A stretch of 64,000 nucleotides of DNA from Marsupella aquatica (GCA_973895155.1 OZ316894.1:21361867-21425866); one strand, 5' to 3'; counted from the first letter of the stretch, positions 28,141-38,500 are shown. Numbers and translations: made by a program. The notes: generated by a model from the letters alone, not told the origin.

Positions 28141-28472
28141 TAGTTGAACAATTGCGGATGCGCTCTACTAGAATTACTGATTGCCCCTTGGTGAGCTTGC
28201 AGTCCACTGAGACAGTACTGACCACAGCTGGGGGCGAGCAGACCTATGGACCTATGGCAGGATTGGCCAAGGCTGGACAGATTGTTGAGCAGGAAGGGAC
28301 TGCTCAATCTACTGCTAAATAGCAATCATCGACTATCTCTTCTACCCTACAAAGAGATATTAGGGATTTGGTGGAGAGTGAGGAACCACAGCTTGGCCCT
28401 AAGTTGACAGGGAAGGAGAGACGTCGCATGCATTGATTCCTGAAGAGTTACTGGAATTGTTTTGCATTTAGC

Positions 28473-29219
28473 ATGAAGGATTTGGGGACATTAAAGGGTC
28501 CTGGTATTCAGATTGAATTGGCTAGTGATGCGCCAATCTTTCGTAGGCCATACCGTTACACTGACATGGAGAGAGCTCTGATTCAAAGTAGAAATCAAGA
28601 TTTGTTGGAGGCTGGATTGGTGGAGATTTCATATGAGGAGTATGCATCTGCCACAGTGATGCCAGCCAAGAACGATGTGCATGGCAATTACACAGATAGG
28701 CGCATTTGTGGTGATTACAAACCCATTAATCGCCAAACAAAATCTGATAGATATGCCATGCCCACACCTGAGGAGATCTTTGATGTTGTGGGGCATGCAA
28801 AGGTTTTTAGTTCATTGGATCTGAGGGCAGGGTACCACCAGCTTCCAATTAGGCATGCTGACAGGTCCAAGACAGCATTCTGGGGGATTGATTCTTATGG
28901 CGAGGATCGTTTGTATCAGTGGTTATTCTTACCATTTGGGTTGAAGAATGCACCAACTGAGTTCCAGAGAGTCATGGATCGAATCCTTGCAGGTTTGGAT
29001 TTTGTCAGATGTTATATTGATGATATTTTGGTCTATTCTTCTACTGTGGAAGAACATCAGCAGCACTTGCAGATTGTGTTGGAGAGATTGAGAGCACATG
29101 GGTTGAAGCTCCATCTTAGCAAGTGTAAGTTCTTCCAAGACCAGATTGAGTATTTGGGCCACACTATATACCCAGGGGGATTGGGTGTACAGCAGACTAA
29201 AGTAGAGGCCATTACATAG
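28473..29219 (+). CDS. pol: Reverse transcriptase domain (Ty3/Gypsy type), part of interrupted pol
   Basis: RICGDYKPIN, FSSLDLRAGYHQL, KTAF, LPFGLKNAP.EFQR, YIDDILVYS, KCKF..IEYLGH. Confidence 0.96.
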   Translation: MKDLGTLKGPGIQIELASDAPIFRRPYRYTDMERALIQSRNQDLLEAGLVEISYEEYASATVMPAKNDVHGNYTDRRICGDYKPINRQTKSDRYAMPTPEEIFDVVGHAKVFSSLDLRAGYHQLPIRHADRSKTAFWGIDSYGEDRLYQWLFLPFGLKNAPTEFQRVMDRILAGLDFVRCYIDDILVYSSTVEEHQQHLQIVLERLRAHGLKLHLSKCKFFQDQIEYLGHTIYPGGLGVQQTKVEAIT

Positions 29220-29237
29220 ATTCCTTGTCCTACTGAT

Positions 29238-30098
29238 GTGAGTAGAGTTCGTGCATTCTTGGGATTGGCGAGCTACTACAAGAGGTATGTTAAAGGATTT
29301 AGCCAGCTTGCTAAACCTTTGACCATACTCACTAAGTTGGATCATGAATGGATTTGGGGTGATGACCAGGAGCATGCCTTTCAGGAGTTGAAGCAAAGGT
29401 TGGCATCATCCCCTATTTTGAGAAGACCCATTTTAGGCAGACCATTTCAGCTACACACTGATTGGAGTGGCGTAGGACTTGGAGCAGTGCTGACTCAGAA
29501 GGATGATGAGGGGAATGAGTTTGTTGTGGCTTATGCCAGCAGATCAAACAATTCAGCAGAGGCTAAGTATAGCTCTTATGAGGGAGAGTGTTTGGCAACA
29601 GTGTGGGCTGTTGCACATTTTCGTTGCTACTTATTTGGTAACCCCTTCACCTTGATCATTGATCATCAGCCTCTTAAGTGGTTAATGGAGTCTGACAAGC
29701 TTACAGGGAAGCTTGCACGATGGACATTGTTGTTACAGGAGTATGATTTCCAGGTGGTGCATAGGCCTGGGAAAGTGAACTTGGATACAGATGGATTAAG
29801 CCGCAATCCATGTACTAGTCAGCAAGATGAGACTGGAGCCAGATGGCATGATGAGTCAGATAAGGAGATGGTGCCAGGATGGCATGCATCTGCCTTTCTT
29901 TGTTGGATGCCAGCATATAGTGGATCTGTGGACTCTACCTCATTGGATGGAGTGGATGAGGAGTCTTCAGATGTAGATGTTGGTGAGGTAACTTCTGGAC
30001 AACAAGATATTCACAATGATGTGAGAATGTTGGAATATCTGCGCAGTGGTTCTATTGTTGGCAATGTTGATGCCAAAGAACGTGACAGGGTTCTATAG
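29238..30098 (+). CDS. pol: RT connection + RNase H domain, part of interrupted pol
   Basis: VRAFLGLASYYKRYVKGFS, FQLHTDWSGVGLGAVLTQ, VAYASR, YSSYEGECLA, FTLIIDHQPL, RWTLLLQEYDF..HRPGK.N..DGLSR. Confidence 0.95.
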   Translation: MSRVRAFLGLASYYKRYVKGFSQLAKPLTILTKLDHEWIWGDDQEHAFQELKQRLASSPILRRPILGRPFQLHTDWSGVGLGAVLTQKDDEGNEFVVAYASRSNNSAEAKYSSYEGECLATVWAVAHFRCYLFGNPFTLIIDHQPLKWLMESDKLTGKLARWTLLLQEYDFQVVHRPGKVNLDTDGLSRNPCTSQQDETGARWHDESDKEMVPGWHASAFLCWMPAYSGSVDSTSLDGVDEESSDVDVGEVTSGQQDIHNDVRMLEYLRSGSIVGNVDAKERDRVL

Positions 30099-30134
30099 AG
30101 AGCCAAGAGGTTTCGATGGGAGGAAAACCATCTT

Positions 30135-31448
30135 TTGAGAGTACTGCATGATGGCAGGGTGTTGGTGGTACCAAAACCATCACAACGAGTCCATTTGGTG
30201 CGACATGCACACGAGGAGTTGGGGCACTTTGGTGTGAAGCGCACTTATAGCTTGCTACAGACACAGTATTGGTGGCGTGGTATGCACACTCATGTCCAGC
30301 AGTTGATAGCTAAGTGTGTGGTATGTGATAGAGTGAGAGCATCATTTAATGCTCCCACTCCCCAGTTGCACCCGTTGCCGATCATGGGTTTGGGATATCG
30401 TTGGAGTTTGGATTTTGTTGGTCCATTACCTCTTACCCAATGTCATAATCGGTATGTTTTGGTCATGGTGGAGCACTTCTCCAAGTGGATTGAGCTAGTG
30501 ACATTGCCAGATAAAGCCAGTGGAGGAGTTGCTGCTACATTTTTGGATCGTGTACTCAGTCATTTTGGAGCACCAGTTGAGGTATTGACTGATCAGGGAA
30601 CTGAGTTCCGTGGAGAGTTTGAGAATTTGTGTGAGCAAGCTCTGATTGATCATCGTACTACCTCTCGTGATCATCCTGAGGCAGATGGATTAGCTGAGAG
30701 AGTTGTGCAAACTGTGAAGAGAGGATTGCGTAAGTATGGCTTGCAGGTTGGTCATTTGGGAGATTGGGATCTCCAGCTACCTTGGTTAGCTATGGGCTAC
30801 CATTTCAGTCGACAAGCATCACTTGCATCCTTCTCACCTTACTTTTTGCTCTATGGTAGAGAGCCAGATTTGCCAACAGCAATTCGTCGTGATGCTGCAC
30901 CAATTGTGAACTTGGATGATCCTGATGTTTGGGCCAAGGTGTGTTCAGAGAGAGCACAGGTATTTCAGAGAGTAATGCCCATGACTTTTGACAACCTTGC
31001 CATTGCCCAACATCGTGATACTTTGAGGTATGCCACTATTCGTGGAGGAGGTTATCGTGCAAGCATTCGACGATTTCATCCTGGTGATTATGTTTATTTG
31101 CAGCAGACAGCACCCACGACACTTGATGTGATCGTAGGCCGGACAATCTTACGTGTGCATGAAGTGTTGCCTTCTGGTGTCCTGATGTTGGAGGGATGCG
31201 ATGGTATGGTTTGGAAGGATCATGTGCGCAACTGTGCACCATGTCACCTTCCCAACATTGATGGTACAGTAGATCCAAGCTTGGCACATGTTCGTGCTGG
31301 CTTGAAATGTATGTTGTGTGGATCTGCTCAAGGAGCAACTACTATGTTGATTTGTGATAAGTGTTCTAGAGGATGGCACATGTCATGTTTGACACCACCA
31401 TTGCAGGTGATTCCTAGTGGATCATGGTTGTGTCCTCAGTGTCGGTGA
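30135..31448 (+). CDS. pol: DDE integrase with N-terminal HHCC zinc finger and C-terminal PHD finger
   Basis: HAHEELGHFG...CVVC; catalytic WSLDFVGP, LTDQGTEF, GLAERVVQT. C-terminal CMLC...ICDKC...WHMSC...WLCPQC (C4HC3) at 31308-31445. Confidence 0.95.
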   Translation: MRVLHDGRVLVVPKPSQRVHLVRHAHEELGHFGVKRTYSLLQTQYWWRGMHTHVQQLIAKCVVCDRVRASFNAPTPQLHPLPIMGLGYRWSLDFVGPLPLTQCHNRYVLVMVEHFSKWIELVTLPDKASGGVAATFLDRVLSHFGAPVEVLTDQGTEFRGEFENLCEQALIDHRTTSRDHPEADGLAERVVQTVKRGLRKYGLQVGHLGDWDLQLPWLAMGYHFSRQASLASFSPYFLLYGREPDLPTAIRRDAAPIVNLDDPDVWAKVCSERAQVFQRVMPMTFDNLAIAQHRDTLRYATIRGGGYRASIRRFHPGDYVYLQQTAPTTLDVIVGRTILRVHEVLPSGVLMLEGCDGMVWKDHVRNCAPCHLPNIDGTVDPSLAHVRAGLKCMLCGSAQGATTMLICDKCSRGWHMSCLTPPLQVIPSGSWLCPQCR

Positions 31449-31612
31449 AGCCGACTAGTTATCATTTGTGTTCTCTTGGCAGATATGGATTGCAGGTAGG
31501 TGATCGATGGGGCTCACTTGCACCCGGCCTCCTGATCTTCACACCTAAAAAGGTGTATATCAACCTTGTAGAACTCATGGCTAGCTAGAGTTAGGGGACC
31601 TTATTTCCAGCT

Positions 31613-31621
31613 AGGGGGCGA
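31613..31621 (+). other. Putative polypurine tract
   Basis: AGGGGGCGA directly before TTGTGGG, the start of repeat B1 (TG at 31623). Confidence 0.55.
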
Positions 31622-31758
31622 TTGTGGGTTTTGGACATGTGTGGACATGAGTTCCACTTGTATTCCATTCTCTTGTGTTTGTGATGTGGCAGTGTGACTA
31701 TGTTTGGATGTATGTGACAAGCGATGTATGTTGTGTAGCGATGTGTATGCGCACGACA
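31621..31758 (+). repeat. Repeat B1 (internal copy of the element's 3'-terminal segment)
   Basis: Matches 32090-32227 with 4 transitions. Ends CACGACA, followed by GC and then A2. Confidence 0.95.
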
Positions 31759-31760
31759 GC

Positions 31761-32090
31761 TGTCACCCCATTCTAGGTAGTGTTAGAGTGTATCGTACTA
31801 TCTAGATCTGTATGTTTGGTATGTGTGCTATATGAGCCGATAAGGTTCCGTTAGGTTTGTGTGAGAGGGTACTTCTCACTTGTGAGGCATTGAAAGGTCA
31901 TCTTTCAATGTTGAGCCTTGGAGAGAGAGGAGCTTGAGTGTGGCTATGGTGGCTATGAGCTCCGCTTGTGTAACATGGATTCCTTGAGTAGTGCAAGGTG
32001 CGTTGGCTTGACATACGTGTGTGATCGGATCGGTGCGGGATCGATGGGGTATTGTTGACCGGGATCGTTGTGCCGATTGTATGGAGATTA
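31761..32090 (+). repeat. Repeat A2 (internal copy of the element's 5'-terminal segment)
   Basis: Matches 23317-23646 but lacks the final CA of A1 at the junction with B2. Confidence 0.95.
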
Positions 32091-32227
32091 TTGTGGGTTT
32101 TGGACATGTGTGGACATGAGTTCCACTTGTATTCCATTCTCTTGTGTTTGTGATGTGGTAGTGTGACTATGTTTGAATGTATGTAACAAGCGATGTATGT
32201 TGTGTAACGATGTGTATGCGCACGACA
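32090..32227 (+). repeat. Terminal repeat B2 (3' end of retroelement)
   Basis: Copy of B1. Ends in CA, followed by the AATT TSD. Confidence 0.95.
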
Positions 32228-33067
32228 AATTTAACACCTACCAATATTACACTAAACTATGCACTATCTCACTCTTGAGTATGTACACCTTATTGAGTAT
32301 GTACAATACTCCCTATCATGGATCATGGAGGGAGGATCCTCCTTCATCCTTGTGCATTGTATTAGTGACCTCTCTTTTTTGTTTGCTTATCCCATTTCAT
32401 TCTCTCTTACTTGGACATTGATGTGACTCTTTTTCATTCACAGTGAATTAATTTTATTTTGTTTTTATTCCTTTCTTTTACCAGATTTTTTTTTGTGTTG
32501 TGCCCTGCAAATTTGAAAGACTACCGGGCTATAAAAGGGCGCAACTGTTTATGATAGAAGTTAATGTCCTTAGTGAGTTTCTCTCTTTATAATTTTCAGG
32601 ACAGTCAAGATTTGGTAATTGAAGCCACAATGGACCGTAGTGTTGGACAAAGTGCTCCCATGGACCACCAAAATATGGTCCATGGGAGTCAGGGGTCATA
32701 ACTTGATGGCTATGAATCCTAGAGTAATTTTTAGTTTTGCACCTGCAAGGCAACTATAGAAGGAGGAGACTAAAAAAACAACATAAACCCAGGTATTTCA
32801 TACTAACACAATGGAAAAAAATGAAAAACAACAAATACTAGCACAATGAAAATTAATCTAATGAAATTTACCCCTCCTCATTTTATGATGAAAAACTTAA
32901 CCAAAATGGCCAAAAAGTTATTGTCACTTTGATGGAAGTTTAGCGTACTTGCTCCTCATGCATATGCCAAAACTAGAAATATTTGAATTTATGAATATCA
33001 AGTTATTACAATTAAACTCAAACTTTGGGGCCAGAGAGACATGACTTTGTGGTAACTCACTTGAGTA

Positions 33068-33463
33068 GAGATTAATAGGTTTTGGGTTCAACTATTGTGA
33101 CTGACTCTTCCCTTGCTCTGGGGTTTTCACAGATTTCCCCTAGAAAATTAACAAAAAAACAAAAACAAAAAAAACTCACCAACTTTGGTGACTGTGGTCC
33201 ATGGGGATTGAACCTTGGAGTTAATGGGGTTCCAAATTACAAGATTTGGGTGCACTCATTATAAAACTTCTTCGAGATTAATAGGTCTTGGGTTCAACTA
33301 TTGTGACTGACTCTTCCCTTGCTGTGGGGTTTTCACAGATTTCCCCTAGAAAATTAACAAAAAAAACTCACCAACTTTGGTGACTGTGGTCCATGGGGAT
33401 TGAACCTCGGAGTTCATGGGGTTCCAAATTACAAGATTTGGGTGCACTCATTATAAAACTTCT
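33068..33463. repeat. Tandem duplication (~200-bp unit, 2 copies)
   Basis: GAGATTAATAGGT..GGGTTCAACTATTGTGACTGACTC...GGTGCACTCATTATAAAACTTCT at 33068 and 33274, differing mainly in an A-tract. Confidence 0.9.
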
Positions 33464-34984
33464 CCTCCACTAAAATTAGTAAAAACAGAAATCAAACAAA
33501 ATTGCTAGGCCTTTAAGTGTACCAGGTCTTGTTACCAGGCATTATGGACAGTAGTAACCCCTCAAAACTGGAAGATTCAGTTGCTCACGGTACTATGACA
33601 CACAGTACTATGACACACAATGCCCTATAGGATACACACCTTGTTTTGAGGAGGGAATTCTGCAGTAACCCATCAATCTTGGCATATGTAACTCAAGTAC
33701 TAAAGTTTTACAGTAAAAAGCAAAATACCACAACATAAATTTGCCAGCAAATCTTTGCATGGCCTAAAATCCTGGCATCTTGACTTTATTTTGCTTTCTT
33801 TAAACAATATGGTATGACTTAATTTCAGGGGTTTAGTTTTTTTGTTTCTTTCCAAAACTTTCCCAGTTGTTTTTACGTAAGATAAAGTCCTGGTTATGAG
33901 TATTGTGGGTCATCATGTCCCCTCAACTTGGGCTAAAGCCCTTGTTTTGGGGGCACCATATCCCACAATCCCCTCTGATTATAACCAGGACGTTACCTTA
34001 TTCTTTAATTCTCTCCAAGATTTTTCTCTTTGTATATTTCTGACCTTATGGGAGCAAATGCCCACTGCAAAGAGCATTTTGAATTTTGCCTTTCACTTGT
34101 CCCCCACGTAAACAAAGTTAAATCTGAACTAGCATGAGATTTGGGTTTGTCTTCAACTGTGAAGAAAGGACAAACATAATAAAAATAGTGTGAGTAAAAA
34201 ATCTCTTAGGAATGAAAGTGTATTATGTTCTTTCTGCCAGGGCATTATGCACAATAATAGTCTCTCAAAACCTGGGCAAAATCCTGGTTTTGTGGGCATT
34301 ATAATCCACAACACCTTGGAAACTTGTCTTTCTGGTTGGGCATTGTGGGCTATCATGCCTCCTGAAACTTGGGCTAAAGCTCTTGTTTTGGGGGCTATAA
34401 ACCAGATCTTCTTGCACACTTGTCAAGCGATTGATAAAGCATGTTGGACAATTTCCACCATTGATATGAAATATCAAATGGATGTGCATGAAAGGGTGAC
34501 ATGGATTTTTCTCAGAGTTTGTACATTACAAGAGTCTTTAAGTCACAACTGCCCATATGTAAGGGGAAAAGTCCAAAACTTCCTTTTTCCACATTCCATT
34601 CACTTCTTTCCTCCAAGGTGCAAGTCTGCTCCACAGTTTTGGAAAAAAGTTACTCTGAATAGTGGAATTAAAATCCTACGGGTAACTGGAGATTGATGTT
34701 TATGAAATGGTCACTTGTATTATTCTTGAGAATATTGCTGGATGGACCTCTAAAATTGAAAAATGTTATTTGATGGACCTAGTAAAATTCCATGAGATTT
34801 TTGGTACATTAATTTAAGGCCAATAAACAATCTGGATCACTTATGGGTTCATCAAGTAATATTTTTCATTTTAGGGTGGACCAAGTAACTCTCTATTTAT
34901 AGGAATTCCTATCGCTGATGGGGTTCATCAATTAAGGCATTCAGTCTTGAGGTGGATCAAGTATCTCTCTATTTATAACAATGC

Positions 34985-35440
34985 GGATAGCTGATGGCAT
35001 GGGGTTCATCAATTAACACTTTCAGTTTAGGGGTGGATAAAGTATCTCTCTTTTTCTTGGAGTTCTACATTTACAACAATCTGTAAGTGGACCTGTAAAA
35101 ACTTGGATCCCTGTCTACAGTGTTGGCTCAAATGTTAACGGTGGTACTCATATATAGAGTCCCAGGTAACCATGGTCATTGCCTGGCACTGTGCCCATTG
35201 CCGCAATATTTATAACCTTGGGGATAGCTGATGGGGTTCATTAATAGACACTTTCAGTTTAGGGGTGAATATAGAGTATCTCTCTATTTCTCGGAGTTCT
35301 ACATTTACAACAATCTCAAAGTGAACATGTAAAAACTTGGATCGCTCTCTACAGTATTGGCTCAAATGTTAACCGTGGTACTCGTACATAGAGTCCGAGG
35401 TAACCATGGTCATAGCCTGGCACTGTGCCCATTGACGCAA
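34985..35440. repeat. Tandem duplication (~230-bp unit) upstream of the plus-strand gene
   Basis: AGCTGATGG..CACTTTCAGTTTAGGGGTG..GGAGTTCTACATTTACAACAATCT..TTGGCTCAAATGTTAAC..GGTAACCATGGTCAT.GCCTGGCACTGTGCCCATTG occurs twice, with partial copies from ~34860. Confidence 0.85.
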
Positions 35441-35524
35441 TCCGTTCGTCACTCTCTGTGCCTTTCTGCTCTGCTCTCTCCTCTGCTCTCTCCTCTGCTC
35501 TGCTCCTTCTCTGTTTTCCCATAG

Positions 35525-35551
<27 letters not shown>
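35525..35551 (+). repeat. (CT)13 microsatellite, typical of plant 5' UTRs
   Basis: Directly visible, preceded by CTCTGCT repeats. Confidence 0.9.
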
Positions 35552-35556
<5 letters not shown>

Positions 35557-38500
35557 GGGTCGTGCGTATCGATCGCCAATTCCATGAAATGCTTCCTGAG
35601 AACGAGGGCGATGCTCTGATCGACACCCTGCAAGACGCTTTCTAGCGAGAGACCCAACTTCCGTGGTGAGTATTGGAGAAAATCTCATCATGGTCGCGTT
35701 TTGTTGCGTATGTTGATAAAATGTCAGTCGCTCTTGTTCTCTGCACTATCCGTCCCGCGAGGCGTGCTTGTGATCGACTGTGTTGTTTCTAGTGGGTCGT
35801 CCGGATTAGCTCCCGGTGGGTTTTTTTTTCCCTCTGATTGATCTCTTTTCTTTGGTTTCGTGACCGTCAGTCTGTTGGATGCTACTTTGGATTTCGCTGC
35901 TTGACGTTGTGATTTTGTTGCGAGAGGGTAAGAGGGAGATGGCGGTGTATGGAGTTCGGGAAGTTGTGGGGAAGGGAGTTGTGACGGCGTTTGAATTGCA
36001 TTTGGAGACCGGTTTCAGTAAGAATTCTTGCGCTGAGAGTCTGTTTGAAGGGGACGTGTGTGTCTTCCTTCACGGTCTTCTTTCGAGTGAGGGACTGGTC
36101 TGTTTGAGTGACTGACTACATAGCGAGTTGGACTTAATTGCCAAGTCCAAAGAGGAACCTGTTGCAAAGATATTTTTGTGCTTTTCGGAGATGAGATAAA
36201 CCTGTTTTTATTAAGGTTTGGATGACACTCATGAAGTCTCCATATCATCCCACTCTTCATCGTGATCTGTTTCTTTCCCAAAGTCCTCCTCTCTTGTTAT
36301 AACCGTAAACATTGCGCTCATGGGAATTCATTCTGCAATTCAGGAAAGCTCAACCGATCGGCACAGCTGTCCGCACTCGACCCGGTAAGTATTATTCTGG
36401 ACTTTGATCAATTGTTCAACCTTCAGTCTCTCAGGTGAATTCAGAGAGAGGTTTCGAGGCTGGGTTCGAAAAGAGCTAGACGATACAGTAGTGAGAATCC
36501 AGGGCTGGGGAGGGAAAGGATATCAGGGAAAAACGAAGAACGCTGAGAGATTTAGATACCAAGGATCTGTGGGAGAAGGAGACAGTAAATTCTGTGACGC
36601 TAGAGGAATTCTGGTAGGGAAACACAACTTCAGAAAGGAATAACAAAGGTGGAAATCGATTTGTAGGTGAGAAGAGAAACCAGTAAGAGCTTTCTACCCT
36701 CAAAAGCTTTGCATCAATATCTGGGGCATAGGCTTCCAATGTCCTGGCGGGCTGGGCTGGGGACTTCTCTTTTACGAAGCTGGAAGTCTGGAAAGCTTTG
36801 TGATTTTTGTTTGCGCATACTCAGCCGTGTAGGAGTGCAGCTGAATACCATGATGTCTCGGTTGTCGATCCCGCTGGTTGGCTTGCTGGTATTCTATACC
36901 CTGATGGTCTCTTGGGCGGCTCTTCGACTAGAGACATCCGAATATACTGTTTGATGAGGACGATGATTATGAAATTCGATTGTACAAGTAGACCGTTTGG
37001 GCGGTAGCGAAGTTGACGACGTGTCCTTCAGTCATGCCACGGTTCTTGGACTTCAGAAGTATCTCTCTCGTTCATCATCGATCGTAGTCTTCTTGGTGAT
37101 ACATTTGTCCTCCTTTTAGTTTTTTAGTCAGAAAATTTGTGCCGACCAACTACAATGCAGTATAGTGTATAGCTGTTGTTCAAGTGATACGAGCTTGCCT
37201 CCCAGATGCCTGTTTTTTTGTCTCATTGTCCACGGGTTGGTTTCTGCAAATCCAATCTTCCCTGTTGGGAGAGGCGAATTGAAACTTTTCTAAGCTGACC
37301 TTTATTGTGTTGTTGACAAGGGCGCTTTTGACCAGTCGTGATTGCAACTGTATGCTAGCCATGCTGAAGCAATCGGTACCTAGATAGGACCCATGGCCAA
37401 TACCTCTTGATCAGGAGATCAAAGTGATTTTAATTATTCATCATTGAGCACATCTTCTTTGGGTGTTCCTGGAACGTTTTGGAACAGGATGCCCAACCCT
37501 TTCCTTATTTCAGGTGTCTCGTTGCTATAAAGTAGCACAACAGTGAGGTTATATATATTGCTTTGGTGCAGCGTGTTGTTGCATAGTGAGAGTTAGCACC
37601 AATACCAGCATAAAGTAGCGTAGATTACCTCCCAAAGGTGCTTCTGCTCCACTCCCTGCATGATATCTTTTGTTTCATGTTTGCTCCGCTAAGCCTACCT
37701 CTCATCCCTGCAGACAGCATCTCTAAAAGCTGAGAGCCCACTTAACAGTCACAATGGGCTTTGAGCCAAGCTATTTTACAGTGGCATCCATTCAAAAAAT
37801 GATTAGATCGACTTATTTCTAAACCACTATTTCCTTGCCATGTCTTTCTCTCTCGCCCTCTACAGAAATCTACTTGTAGCTACAGTGTGTCTTCCCTCTT
37901 ATTTGAAAACTATGGTCTAGTGGCAGTAAACGATTGGTCAATGCCGAACCTGTGAATTGTCGTTCTCTGACCACACGACCCGTTGTGTTCATTGGATATT
38001 TTCATCATCCAAGGTTGAATCGTGCCATCTTCTCATGAGTTAGGTCATGGATGATCGATACCAAGATTAGCTCCTCACCAGGAGTATCGACTGGTCACTT
38101 GTTCATGTACACCCTAAACCCCAACACCAGGAATAGAAGTGAGTCAAAGTGAGGACAAAGTGTTCAGAGCCTTTCATGGTTTTGTCACTGCATATAGAAA
38201 GTTGAAGTGGCAGACCAAAGCAATCAACGGCTGTTGAGACCCATTTGAACGTTTGTCTCCTGCCGATTTAAGTTGACAGCAAACACGGAACTTTGGAATG
38301 GTTGATTAGAACTGAAAGTGACAAGAGCTCAAAACAATAAATCTGGATCTACCGGATCATGCTATACAGCTATCTCTCGTCTTAGAATTGTGTATCGCAA
38401 GGCAGTTATCGGGGTGGGGATGAAACTGAAGAAAGAGAGGGAGAATCTTTGCCTTATCCTGAGATTTTTGTACAGGGTGACAGCAGACGGAGGGCGGCCA

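Larger units (their letters stand above)
23317..32227 (+). mobile_element. Ty3/Gypsy-type retrotransposon carrying a C5-DNA methyltransferase and a PHD-finger integrase, with split direct repeats (A-internal-B-A-B); degenerate copy
   Basis: Termini TGTCAC (23317) and CACGACA (32227), flanked by 4-bp direct repeat AATT (23313-23316, 32228-32231). Internal order gag-PR-DNMT-RT-RH-INT-PHD. Repeats A (23317-23646 / 31761-32090) and B (31621-31758 / 32090-32227). Confidence 0.93.

Noticed and set aside
27474-30098. Programmed stop-codon readthrough or RNA editing of the in-frame TAG codons
   Set aside because: The stops are numerous, come with frameshifts and a dead protease motif, and fit C>T decay. 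Pseudogenisation is the simpler explanation.
23317-32227. Classifying the element as a DIRS/PAT/Ngaro tyrosine-recombinase retrotransposon because of its split repeats and methyltransferase
   Set aside because: No tyrosine recombinase ORF is seen. It has a protease, an HHCC-DDE integrase, TG..CA ends and a TSD, and the MTase is C5-type rather than Dam-like.
33190-33420. tRNA gene or SINE suggested by a B-box-like GGTTCAATCCC on the minus strand
   Set aside because: I found no convincing A-box or cloverleaf. Kept only as a tandem duplication.
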